Virus record (IMG/VR): IMGVR_UViG_3300021255_000114
Coordinates: 1 to 64,000 of that record
Origin: a virus
Taxonomy: Duplodnaviria > Heunggongvirae > Uroviricota > Caudoviricetes
Direction: 5' to 3' (one strand)
Length of the DNA stretch: 64,000 nucleotides
Part shown: positions 56,213 through 64,000 of the stretch, one piece after another
Layout of the letters: every line of letters begins with the position of its first letter
How positions within the stretch are numbered: position 1 is the first letter of the stretch
Made by a program: the position numbers and the translations under genes
The notes under the pieces: generated by a model
What the model was told of the DNA's origin: nothing
What the model saw: only the letters and a program-made list of their open reading frames with translations
Databases searched by the model: none

Positions 56213-59200
56213 ATGCCAACAGTCAATGAATTAACAAACATAACCAATGGTGTTATCGATAGTACAGGTAATACCATTATCAATGCATTTAATACTATGT
56301 CTGATGCTCTTAATGCTGGAGGTGATTTCGTTACATTTGGTAGCAATGACAGACGGCAAGGGTATCTTGGTTTAATTCTCGGGCCAATATATGATGCCGT
56401 GTGGCAGAACTTATCGGTTATAATCACTACTATGCTCGGAATGGAAATTGGTGATTATTGTAATTTCAATGATAGAATGTACGGTTATATGACACGTTTG
56501 ATGTTGATTAATCTTTGGGAGCATAACACAACGTTGGCAATGTTATGTGAAAGCGGTTCAAATCAAGCAAACGCTAATAGTCAGACTATCACGCACGAAG
56601 CACAAATCCCTCCATATACGAGAGGAAACAACTACCTTGAGAATGTAAGGGGAATTATAGCAGGGGAAAGTGTCGGCGAACATTCGACCACGATGGATAT
56701 TCCTGAAGGCCCGTATTACAAAACCATTAACCGTTTTCCCGACGACAACAATCAACGTGCTGATGATTTTACTAATGGTGATGTGTGGAGTCTATCTGAC
56801 CCGAATTCCATCTTAACAAAAACAAAATGTTTATTCAGACAAAGGAAAATCAAATCCCTCATTTCCCGTTTCGGAACAAATGCAGATTCTAATCCGAAAG
56901 AAACACGGATACCTGAAGAAGGCAATGCACGTACGAGATTTGGATTGTCGCACGGTCGCAACCTTTTAACCAAAGACGCTGAAGAGGGTGGCACTGGTTA
57001 TAATAGAAACGGATACAACAACCCATATTGCAGGGTTTGGACACATCATTACCAATATGATAAGTACAATAAAACCATGCGCCCATTTGAGAACACGCAT
57101 GAGGAAATACGGCATTCTCATTTTTTGGGAGAGAAGTTTGGTGACTTTACACCTGATACAATCGATAAATTTAATTGGAAAGCCGGCAGTGCTCGATGGG
57201 ATAAAACCGTTCTTAATGGACGCGGTGATGGGTTAATCAATATAACTCCACATTTTTCTGGAGGAGGTGGAAATAATATACACTCTAAAGATTGTATGTT
57301 CTCTATTGAGAATCTTGCTTGGAAAGACTATAATCCGTATTCATTTGAAAAAGCCCTTTCCTGGGAACAACGTGGCCCTCTTGGTGGAAGGATTATGTGG
57401 TTTCCGCCATATGGTTTGACATTCAATGAAACATCACAGGCGCAGTGGAATGCCAATACATTTATTGGCCGTGGAGAGGATGTATACACTTATGTCAATA
57501 CAAAACGTACCGGTACATTGCAATTTTATCTTATCGTCGACCACCCGTCAATTCTCGACTATGTCTCATGGTATGAGGCCAACAGGGATAAAGTAAAAGA
57601 TACTGACATTCTGCGCTATTTTGCAGGATGTGACCCTAACAACCCAGACGATACTAATAGTTTATTGCACTATGCGCAACCGACACCTTTAACCGATGAA
57701 GGGTATGTTGGTAATAAACTAGGTGAGCCCAAAAACGCGGAAATAATAAATGCAAAGAAGACACCGTCCGGCAAAGAGGAGAAAGTTGAGTTTTTTGTTT
57801 ATTTCCCTAATAACTATTCAGGTATTTTTGATATCGGAAGTGTTGAGAATGGTGGAAATGCACTTGGTGCTGATTTTGTCATTGAGTATTTGTTGAGTGG
57901 TACTAATGCACAAGAAGAATACACCATAGACACCCAAACTAACGAGATAACCAAGAGCCTTAAAAATTTTACCTCGGCTAAGGAGGATATGACAGGCCCG
58001 GGTTATGAAATGGCCGGTGATACGGGTATTACAATTAACAATGAAGCAAAATATGGGATTATCGGCAATAAATATCCTTGGCGCAAAAACAAAGGCCAAA
58101 AATACATACCGGACAGTAATAAAATATGGCGTTACAGAATTGACGGAACTTATTCCGTACCTGGAACAGACAACATTAATAAATTAAACAATATATATTC
58201 CAACACATATGCTCAAACATTGTCTAATTCAGATTCATATAAAGACATCAACAATGAGCATTTGAATTGCAGTTTGGAAAAGCAAGGGGAAAATTATAAC
58301 GGAAGCATACCTGATACGGCATACACATTCACTGAGGTTGTACAGGCTATTGCTGAACTTAGTAAGAAAGAGATGATTATTAACTTCTTTCAGAACAACC
58401 CTAACATAAATAATTCCAACAGGGTTGCTTATTTGAAAGAGATATTTAGTGGTATAAGTTCGAACGGCAAAAAGACAAGCCTTCAACATATGAATTTTCA
58501 TGGCTACTCCAACAGCCATGGCTCAAATGAAAGCCAAAATATAAACGACGAGAGGAACAGAATACTTGCTGATGGTAGGGCTCAGACTATCAAAACGTGG
58601 CTATGCGAAGCAATGGCCAAATATAAATGGAATGAAACAGATGGTAATCTCTACACAACACCATCCAAAAAAGTAAACACACGTAATGAGAATGACCTTG
58701 AAGCAAAACGTTATAGAGCAACTAAATGTGTATTGGTATTCAGAGAGGATGAAACGGTTGATGCAACTGAAGTCGAAGAAAAGGATAATACTGACACACT
58801 CGCCTTTTATGAGGACGAAGGACAGAAATTCGGAGGAGAACAGGTCTATAGGCTTGCAAAAGATGACGGTTCAAAATGGGTGAAACTTAAAAATGGCCAG
58901 ATGGCAAAAATTGACGAAAACCAGGATATCAAAGATTACGCTGATGAACAGTTTTGGCTTGATGTTATGAACGGAAAATACGCAGATTGGGAGGTTAATG
59001 CTATGAAGTATGATACCGGGCCAACTGGTGAAGATTCATTTAATAATTTTTCGTTATTTAATAAAGTCAGGTACGACCAGGAATACCATTTCTTTAAAAG
59101 GGTCCAGAAGGAAACACCGTTAATCTATCAAAATTTGATGGACAAGATTAAATACTTTGATCCGGCATTTCATTCAATGACCCCTGAAGGATTCAATGCA

Positions 59201-59680
59201 CGTTGTACATTTCTTAACCAGTGTACCCGTCAGGGTAATACGGTGGGTGTTTCGGATGGAGATAGACTGTCTGCAAGTAATATGGCGTTCGGCAGGCCAC
59301 CATTTTGTGTATTAAGACTTGGTGATTTCTATAATCAGTTAATTGTCATTGATAATGTTAACATACAGTATGATACCTCAGGCGGTGTTGTTTGGGATTT
59401 AAATGATGAAGGTGTCGGCGTTCAACCGATGTTGGCTCAGGTATCCTTGAATTTTACATTCATTGGTGGTGGAAGCCTCGACGGTCCGGTACGCAGGTTG
59501 CAGAATGCAATGGCATTCAACTATTATGCCAATGCCGAACTTTATGACAACCGCGCAGATAGGGCTGTTTATGATTATGATATAAACTTAACTATGGGAG
59601 GTGCAGGAAAAGGGCAAATGAATTTAGATGAGTCAAAGTTCCACAGTGTTGAAATGTATAACCCGGAAAAATTAAATTAA
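56213..59680 (+). CDS. Baseplate/tube-initiator-like protein with inserted OmpA-like domain
   Basis: IMWFPPY.L.F.E....W....FIGR.E..Y.Y.N..R.G.L.F and PP.CVLR.GDFY...I......Y...WD.N.EG...QPM.A.V...F.FIGG flank an OmpA-like segment GYS......N..LA..RA.TI..WL. Confidence 0.7.
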   Translation: MPTVNELTNITNGVIDSTGNTIINAFNTMSDALNAGGDFVTFGSNDRRQGYLGLILGPIYDAVWQNLSVIITTMLGMEIGDYCNFNDRMYGYMTRLMLINLWEHNTTLAMLCESGSNQANANSQTITHEAQIPPYTRGNNYLENVRGIIAGESVGEHSTTMDIPEGPYYKTINRFPDDNNQRADDFTNGDVWSLSDPNSILTKTKCLFRQRKIKSLISRFGTNADSNPKETRIPEEGNARTRFGLSHGRNLLTKDAEEGGTGYNRNGYNNPYCRVWTHHYQYDKYNKTMRPFENTHEEIRHSHFLGEKFGDFTPDTIDKFNWKAGSARWDKTVLNGRGDGLINITPHFSGGGGNNIHSKDCMFSIENLAWKDYNPYSFEKALSWEQRGPLGGRIMWFPPYGLTFNETSQAQWNANTFIGRGEDVYTYVNTKRTGTLQFYLIVDHPSILDYVSWYEANRDKVKDTDILRYFAGCDPNNPDDTNSLLHYAQPTPLTDEGYVGNKLGEPKNAEIINAKKTPSGKEEKVEFFVYFPNNYSGIFDIGSVENGGNALGADFVIEYLLSGTNAQEEYTIDTQTNEITKSLKNFTSAKEDMTGPGYEMAGDTGITINNEAKYGIIGNKYPWRKNKGQKYIPDSNKIWRYRIDGTYSVPGTDNINKLNNIYSNTYAQTLSNSDSYKDINNEHLNCSLEKQGENYNGSIPDTAYTFTEVVQAIAELSKKEMIINFFQNNPNINNSNRVAYLKEIFSGISSNGKKTSLQHMNFHGYSNSHGSNESQNINDERNRILADGRAQTIKTWLCEAMAKYKWNETDGNLYTTPSKKVNTRNENDLEAKRYRATKCVLVFREDETVDATEVEEKDNTDTLAFYEDEGQKFGGEQVYRLAKDDGSKWVKLKNGQMAKIDENQDIKDYADEQFWLDVMNGKYADWEVNAMKYDTGPTGEDSFNNFSLFNKVRYDQEYHFFKRVQKETPLIYQNLMDKIKYFDPAFHSMTPEGFNARCTFLNQCTRQGNTVGVSDGDRLSASNMAFGRPPFCVLRLGDFYNQLIVIDNVNIQYDTSGGVVWDLNDEGVGVQPMLAQVSLNFTFIGGGSLDGPVRRLQNAMAFNYYANAELYDNRADRAVYDYDINLTMGGAGKGQMNLDESKFHSVEMYNPEKLN

Positions 59681-59699
59681 TATATAAGGAAGAATTACA

Positions 59700-60026
59700 A
59701 TGGAATATTACGACAGATATAAAAAATTCAGGGTAGATGAGACAGTAAAACAACCCATTCCATTCATTAAAATAAAAGAGAGTGGTACTGATATATATAT
59801 CCTGTTTGATAAACGCACCATGCGCCTTGATTCCTTGTCATATAAGTATTATGGTGATCCGAATTTCGCGTGGTTAATTCTGAATGCTAATCCGGATTTA
59901 CCCATGTATGAATATCTTATTGAAAACGGTTCTTCCCTGAGGATACCCTATCCATTGGACAGTGCAATACAAAGATATGAAAAGGGTATTGAGAATTATG
60001 AAACTACATCTTATAAAGAAAGGTAA
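59700..60026 (+). CDS. LysM/gp53-like baseplate wedge protein
   Basis: RLDSLSYKYYGDP...WLIL.ANP...I..G..LRIP. Confidence 0.8.
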   Translation: MEYYDRYKKFRVDETVKQPIPFIKIKESGTDIYILFDKRTMRLDSLSYKYYGDPNFAWLILNANPDLPMYEYLIENGSSLRIPYPLDSAIQRYEKGIENYETTSYKER

Positions 60027-60031
60027 AAGAA

Positions 60032-63000
60032 ATGGCAAATCCAATAGAAACATTTTCGGATAATACCACTGTTTTAAGGAAAGACGCTCAAAACAGGATT
60101 ATATTTGTTGAACCCAATGATATAAACGGACATCTTAATGGTGTTCCGATTACACCTGACTATACCGATTTTTGTATTAGTTTCGATCTTATTGTTGACG
60201 TGGTTTCACGCATGCGTGCCAACAGTGTTACTATATCGTGTGATACTCCGAAAAACCCTGACAATGATACGAGCCAGCTACAGGCAATGAAAACATATGT
60301 CATATCTTGGTCGTCTAAATATGACCCTGACGGTACACAAAAAAATAACAACCCAAACCAAGTTTCATTCATGGGTGGTGTTCGTTATGGAAAAAGGGAT
60401 TATTTAACCACTTTCTACACTGATACACACTATAATGATTTTAAAAATAAAACAATTGTTGAAGGGCTTGGCGTTGAAAGCGTTAACGTTTCTTTCGAGA
60501 GTTATTATGCACCAACGGTTAAAATCCGTTTTATAGATGTTCGGGGTGCGTCCATATTTGGAAGGGAAGAAGTGCTACATACAGACGAAGTCCTTAAAGA
60601 GGATAGTATTTGGGGATGTTTTTTCACATTTCCATATCCCAAGTATAGACTTCAAATAAAAGGTTTCTATGGACAGGCAGTCACATATCAACTGTGTTGC
60701 ACGGATTTCAGAGCAAATTTCAATTCACAAACCGGAAATTATGAAATTGATATGACATTTCTTGGTTATGATTTTGGATTACTTGCCGATATACCAATAC
60801 AATATCTTATTGCAGCACCATACTGTAATTATGGTAACACAAGGGCGCATTGGGAAAAGGAGAGTGCTTCAAATGACGCGTGGAAAATGTCAGACGGACG
60901 ACCACCAAAAACATTCTACGAAATTAAACAGAAAATAAAGGCTGCGATGGAGAAATACCGTAGCAATGATGAGCAGAATGTAACAACTGAGGAATATGAA
61001 GTAGCGATTGTAAATGAAGAGCGTAAGGCGATAATGGATAAGATGTCTCCATTAGTAAGAGACATAAGCCAATTTTATGCTAATCAAAAAATTCAGGATT
61101 ATGAAAATTTTAGAATAGATTTACAGAATAAACAGAGCGTTGCCGATTCAACCTATGTAGCCCAACAACCGGTTATAAATTTAAACACACAGGACACATC
61201 ATCACTTCCTAGTTTAGATGAGGCACTCGGAATTAAACAAGAAATCAAGGAAGAAAAACTTAATAGAGAGGCGAAAGAATTAAGTCAACTATATAAGGAA
61301 TACAAAGAAAAATGGCCTGAAACTAAATTATCTAAATTAAAAGGATTTCATTTTTTATGTTCTGAAATCGAAAATAATACCTGTAAAGGTGAAGTTGCCG
61401 ACGCTTTGCATTTGTCTATGTATATGCCGATATTTGACAAGGCTTTCCAAGAAGACTACAAAACATTAACAACGGCAGAAACGCAAACACGAACAATTAA
61501 AAATTCAGAAGAACCCGAAAAAGAAAAAATACAGGAGTTAGTTGGTTTTTTACCTAATATAGGCAACGTATTCAGAACTTTATACTGCCATCTTGAGACG
61601 TTTGTCCACATGATATATACATGTGCCGACAATATTTATTCCCAAATAAGGAACAATGAGAGAGGATATGCTAAATTGGGTGTTCCCGGTATTGAGTTTA
61701 CTGACATAAACATCGATTCGATGACGAATGATCAAATGGATCCGTTCCCTGCCATCTATACTTATCAAAAACCGAATAGTCAAGGTAACAACACCGGTCA
61801 AGACGACGCTACTGATGAAGTTCAAGTTGATTCATGGATGGGTGAACTTCCTAAAAAAAATAACAGGGCAATTTGGGAAGAAGAAGTTCTAATTGAAGAA
61901 TTATTCAAGGCCATACTTCACACAAAAATGGATTCAGATGATACACCGGCCAATTTTAATTCAACACAGTTTCCTGTACTACCAAGTGATTTGAATCATA
62001 CAACCATATCTGGTATTGGTTTGAATACAACACCAGATGACCTTGCCGGTTATTTGGCCATACGAGCGGCTTCATTATTTGGAATTAGTGGATATGCCGA
62101 TTCTGAGGCGGAAGAGGTTGGTAAAACAGAGGCTTTCAATTATTTTGAAAGTGTTGCATCCAAAACCGCCATCAAGAACAAAATTTTGGATACATTAGGA
62201 AATGGCAATAAGGCAGATGCACTATATAATATTATACTTTGTGAAGGAGATTATGCAAATGCAAATAAACCACTTACATTTGAAAAGGCAGAGAATCTTA
62301 TTAGGTTAAAAAATACAAATAAATCAAAAAGGCAACCGTTTTTTGTTATAAACAGTAATAAAAACCTGCAATATTGTTATGCTGAGGATGATGCTTCCAA
62401 TGCGTTTGTCCCGTCAAGACTTGCCAATTGGGGGGAATTGAATAGTGATATACTAACCTATCACGGAAGTGCAAATGGTAGTTATTACGCTTTTAAAACT
62501 TTAAGCGGACCAAGCAGTAATATACTATATAAGATACATTCCGACAAGTTGACTGACGTATTGGATGAAGGAGATAAAAGATTCTATGTGAATAATGAAA
62601 TATTCACTGTCTATTATGGTGGTAGTTACGGTGATGGTTCTGTAATTGCTGATAAAGTTGAGGAAATTTACAATAATATGCAAGATGGAAGTGTAAGTCT
62701 TAATGGTTACACGAAAGAATCTGACCCAAATAGATTTAAAACAATCATAAAAAACCATTGGAAAAACATTAAACTTGACCAATATCAATCTGCCTATTAT
62801 TCAAAGTTACAATCATTATACGCTCCACTTGATGAGTATGGTATTGACAAGTCAACCACGGGTATACAGAGCGATGGAACAATAAAAATAGAGAACGGAA
62901 CGACATATTCATTAATTATCAACAAAAATGCTAGTTTTAGTAATGGTAGTTTCAAAAACGGTGATAAGGAAATTTCGGAGGAACAATGCAAGCCGCTTAT

Positions 63001-64000
63001 TCCGGAATTGAGATTGTATTACAACAAAACTAATACTACGATGAACGTGTTTACAACATCTGTTTACTATTTACAAAATGACATAAAATCAATACACAAT
63101 GATAAAAATTTCACATGGTCGTCAAAAGATACAACCATAGAGGCAATGAAGGCACTCCTTTTCCTCTCATCACTTGACTATATGGCTGACACCATACCAA
63201 ATTATCTGAATAACAAAAATTCAGGTAAAATAGAAAACGTTCCTTTATCTATCATTTTATTTCATGGCGGGTTATTATGGAGGAAACGTTTTTATGATAG
63301 AAATGGTTTTGACTCAATGTTATATACCGCAAGTGATGGCACCAAAGTCATTAAAACAATGGCAAAAGACGAAATACCTCTTGTTACCGTAACAGGAACA
63401 ACGTATGCACGAGGGTTTATTAAACCTAATGATAACTATCAATATAAAAAATATTCATTTTTAACCGGAGAAGAAGAACTTGATCCGGCTATTGAAAACA
63501 AGTTAATAGAAAAATTCATTTATTTTTTAAATAATGAATGGAAAACCATTGCTGACAACTGCGAATTGAAGAAAACCGGTGGTAATCTTCTAAAATATTC
63601 TGATTTTAAGGAATTATGCATAAAATCTGGTGGCATAACCAATGACGATTTAAAGACACTCGAAAAAACGTCGTATGTTGGTAAATATTTTTATATTAAT
63701 CGTTTAAATACAGGGAAAGATAACGGCTTAGCGTCCATATTATCTGAGGATAACCAGGCATTGGATACCATCAAGGAAATTTATCTTTCAAGAATAGTTG
63801 TTCAAAGAACTGTTTCATCTTTTACCAACAAGAATGGCTCAATCGCAATAGAACCTAACACACTAAAGAAATACTTAAACGGGTTTGTAAAACAAATTGA
63901 AGAAATTTGCGGTAGTGAAACCGTAAACACATTGAGTAAGAATCCTGAAATTGAAGACAATGAACAGGATAGGGACATTAAACGCTTAATTTATATGTAT
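60032..64000 (+). CDS. Very large baseplate hub-like protein, partial (>1320 aa, runs off the right edge; missing from the ORF track)
   Basis: ATG at 60032 (MANPIETFSD...). Motifs GLG.ES..V......P.V.I.F.DVRG, FF.FPYP...L..KG.YG.AV.Y.L and FN...GN.EI...F.GY. The same frame still reads open at the edge (EQDRDIKRLIYMY). Confidence 0.75.
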   Translation, partial: MANPIETFSDNTTVLRKDAQNRIIFVEPNDINGHLNGVPITPDYTDFCISFDLIVDVVSRMRANSVTISCDTPKNPDNDTSQLQAMKTYVISWSSKYDPDGTQKNNNPNQVSFMGGVRYGKRDYLTTFYTDTHYNDFKNKTIVEGLGVESVNVSFESYYAPTVKIRFIDVRGASIFGREEVLHTDEVLKEDSIWGCFFTFPYPKYRLQIKGFYGQAVTYQLCCTDFRANFNSQTGNYEIDMTFLGYDFGLLADIPIQYLIAAPYCNYGNTRAHWEKESASNDAWKMSDGRPPKTFYEIKQKIKAAMEKYRSNDEQNVTTEEYEVAIVNEERKAIMDKMSPLVRDISQFYANQKIQDYENFRIDLQNKQSVADSTYVAQQPVINLNTQDTSSLPSLDEALGIKQEIKEEKLNREAKELSQLYKEYKEKWPETKLSKLKGFHFLCSEIENNTCKGEVADALHLSMYMPIFDKAFQEDYKTLTTAETQTRTIKNSEEPEKEKIQELVGFLPNIGNVFRTLYCHLETFVHMIYTCADNIYSQIRNNERGYAKLGVPGIEFTDINIDSMTNDQMDPFPAIYTYQKPNSQGNNTGQDDATDEVQVDSWMGELPKKNNRAIWEEEVLIEELFKAILHTKMDSDDTPANFNSTQFPVLPSDLNHTTISGIGLNTTPDDLAGYLAIRAASLFGISGYADSEAEEVGKTEAFNYFESVASKTAIKNKILDTLGNGNKADALYNIILCEGDYANANKPLTFEKAENLIRLKNTNKSKRQPFFVINSNKNLQYCYAEDDASNAFVPSRLANWGELNSDILTYHGSANGSYYAFKTLSGPSSNILYKIHSDKLTDVLDEGDKRFYVNNEIFTVYYGGSYGDGSVIADKVEEIYNNMQDGSVSLNGYTKESDPNRFKTIIKNHWKNIKLDQYQSAYYSKLQSLYAPLDEYGIDKSTTGIQSDGTIKIENGTTYSLIINKNASFSNGSFKNGDKEISEEQCKPLIPELRLYYNKTNTTMNVFTTSVYYLQNDIKSIHNDKNFTWSSKDTTIEAMKALLFLSSLDYMADTIPNYLNNKNSGKIENVPLSIILFHGGLLWRKRFYDRNGFDSMLYTASDGTKVIKTMAKDEIPLVTVTGTTYARGFIKPNDNYQYKKYSFLTGEEELDPAIENKLIEKFIYFLNNEWKTIADNCELKKTGGNLLKYSDFKELCIKSGGITNDDLKTLEKTSYVGKYFYINRLNTGKDNGLASILSEDNQALDTIKEIYLSRIVVQRTVSSFTNKNGSIAIEPNTLKKYLNGFVKQIEEICGSETVNTLSKNPEIEDNEQDRDIKRLIYMY

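Noticed and set aside
249-62991. Numerous 60-230 aa antisense or alternate-frame ORFs in the track (e.g. 249-845, 23556-24155, 43529-44209)
   Set aside because: They overlap longer, motif-bearing genes and read like shadow ORFs without leaders or recognisable motifs.
1-64000. Stop-codon recoding (TAG to Gln, as in Lak and some crAss-like phages)
   Set aside because: ORFs up to 1490 aa are uninterrupted in the standard code and coding density is already near complete. TAG occurs as a plausible true stop (6431, 14097, 25059, 32442).
1-64000. CRISPR array, tRNA or rRNA genes
   Set aside because: No regularly spaced identical repeats or cloverleaf-like sequences were noticed in the few intergenic gaps. 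A tRNAscan/CRISPR search would be needed to exclude them fully.

Overview
This window is a gene-dense, AT-rich segment of a jumbo myovirus genome, read with the standard genetic code. A Bacteroidota host is likely, given A-rich leaders without Shine-Dalgarno motifs and one TAnnTTTG -7 element. It covers part of the virion morphogenesis region: neck and tail-completion proteins, a giant 1490-aa tail sheath, several mosaic tail-fibre-like proteins, a baseplate hub assembly protein, tape measure, an OmpA-domain baseplate protein, a LysM/gp53-like protein and a >1300-aa hub ORF running off the right end. It also carries a gp55-like late sigma factor, two glycosyltransferases, dUTPase, an SNF2 helicase and a Vsr-like nuclease. 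The most striking signal is a ~45-65 aa Tyr-rich module inserted in frame at many sites in otherwise unrelated virion proteins. Paralogues in the window show the empty sites, and the module is nested inside itself up to three deep in the sheath. Other highlights: a recurring TATTTAT(A) late-promoter motif, a set of probably capsid-packaged effectors (kinase, ADP-ribosyltransferase, ArdC-like, WYL) with [IL]xE maturation motifs, degenerate terminase-like and tail-tube-like paralogues, and a candidate origin-like non-coding element. All family assignments come from motif recognition by eye; no database search was run.
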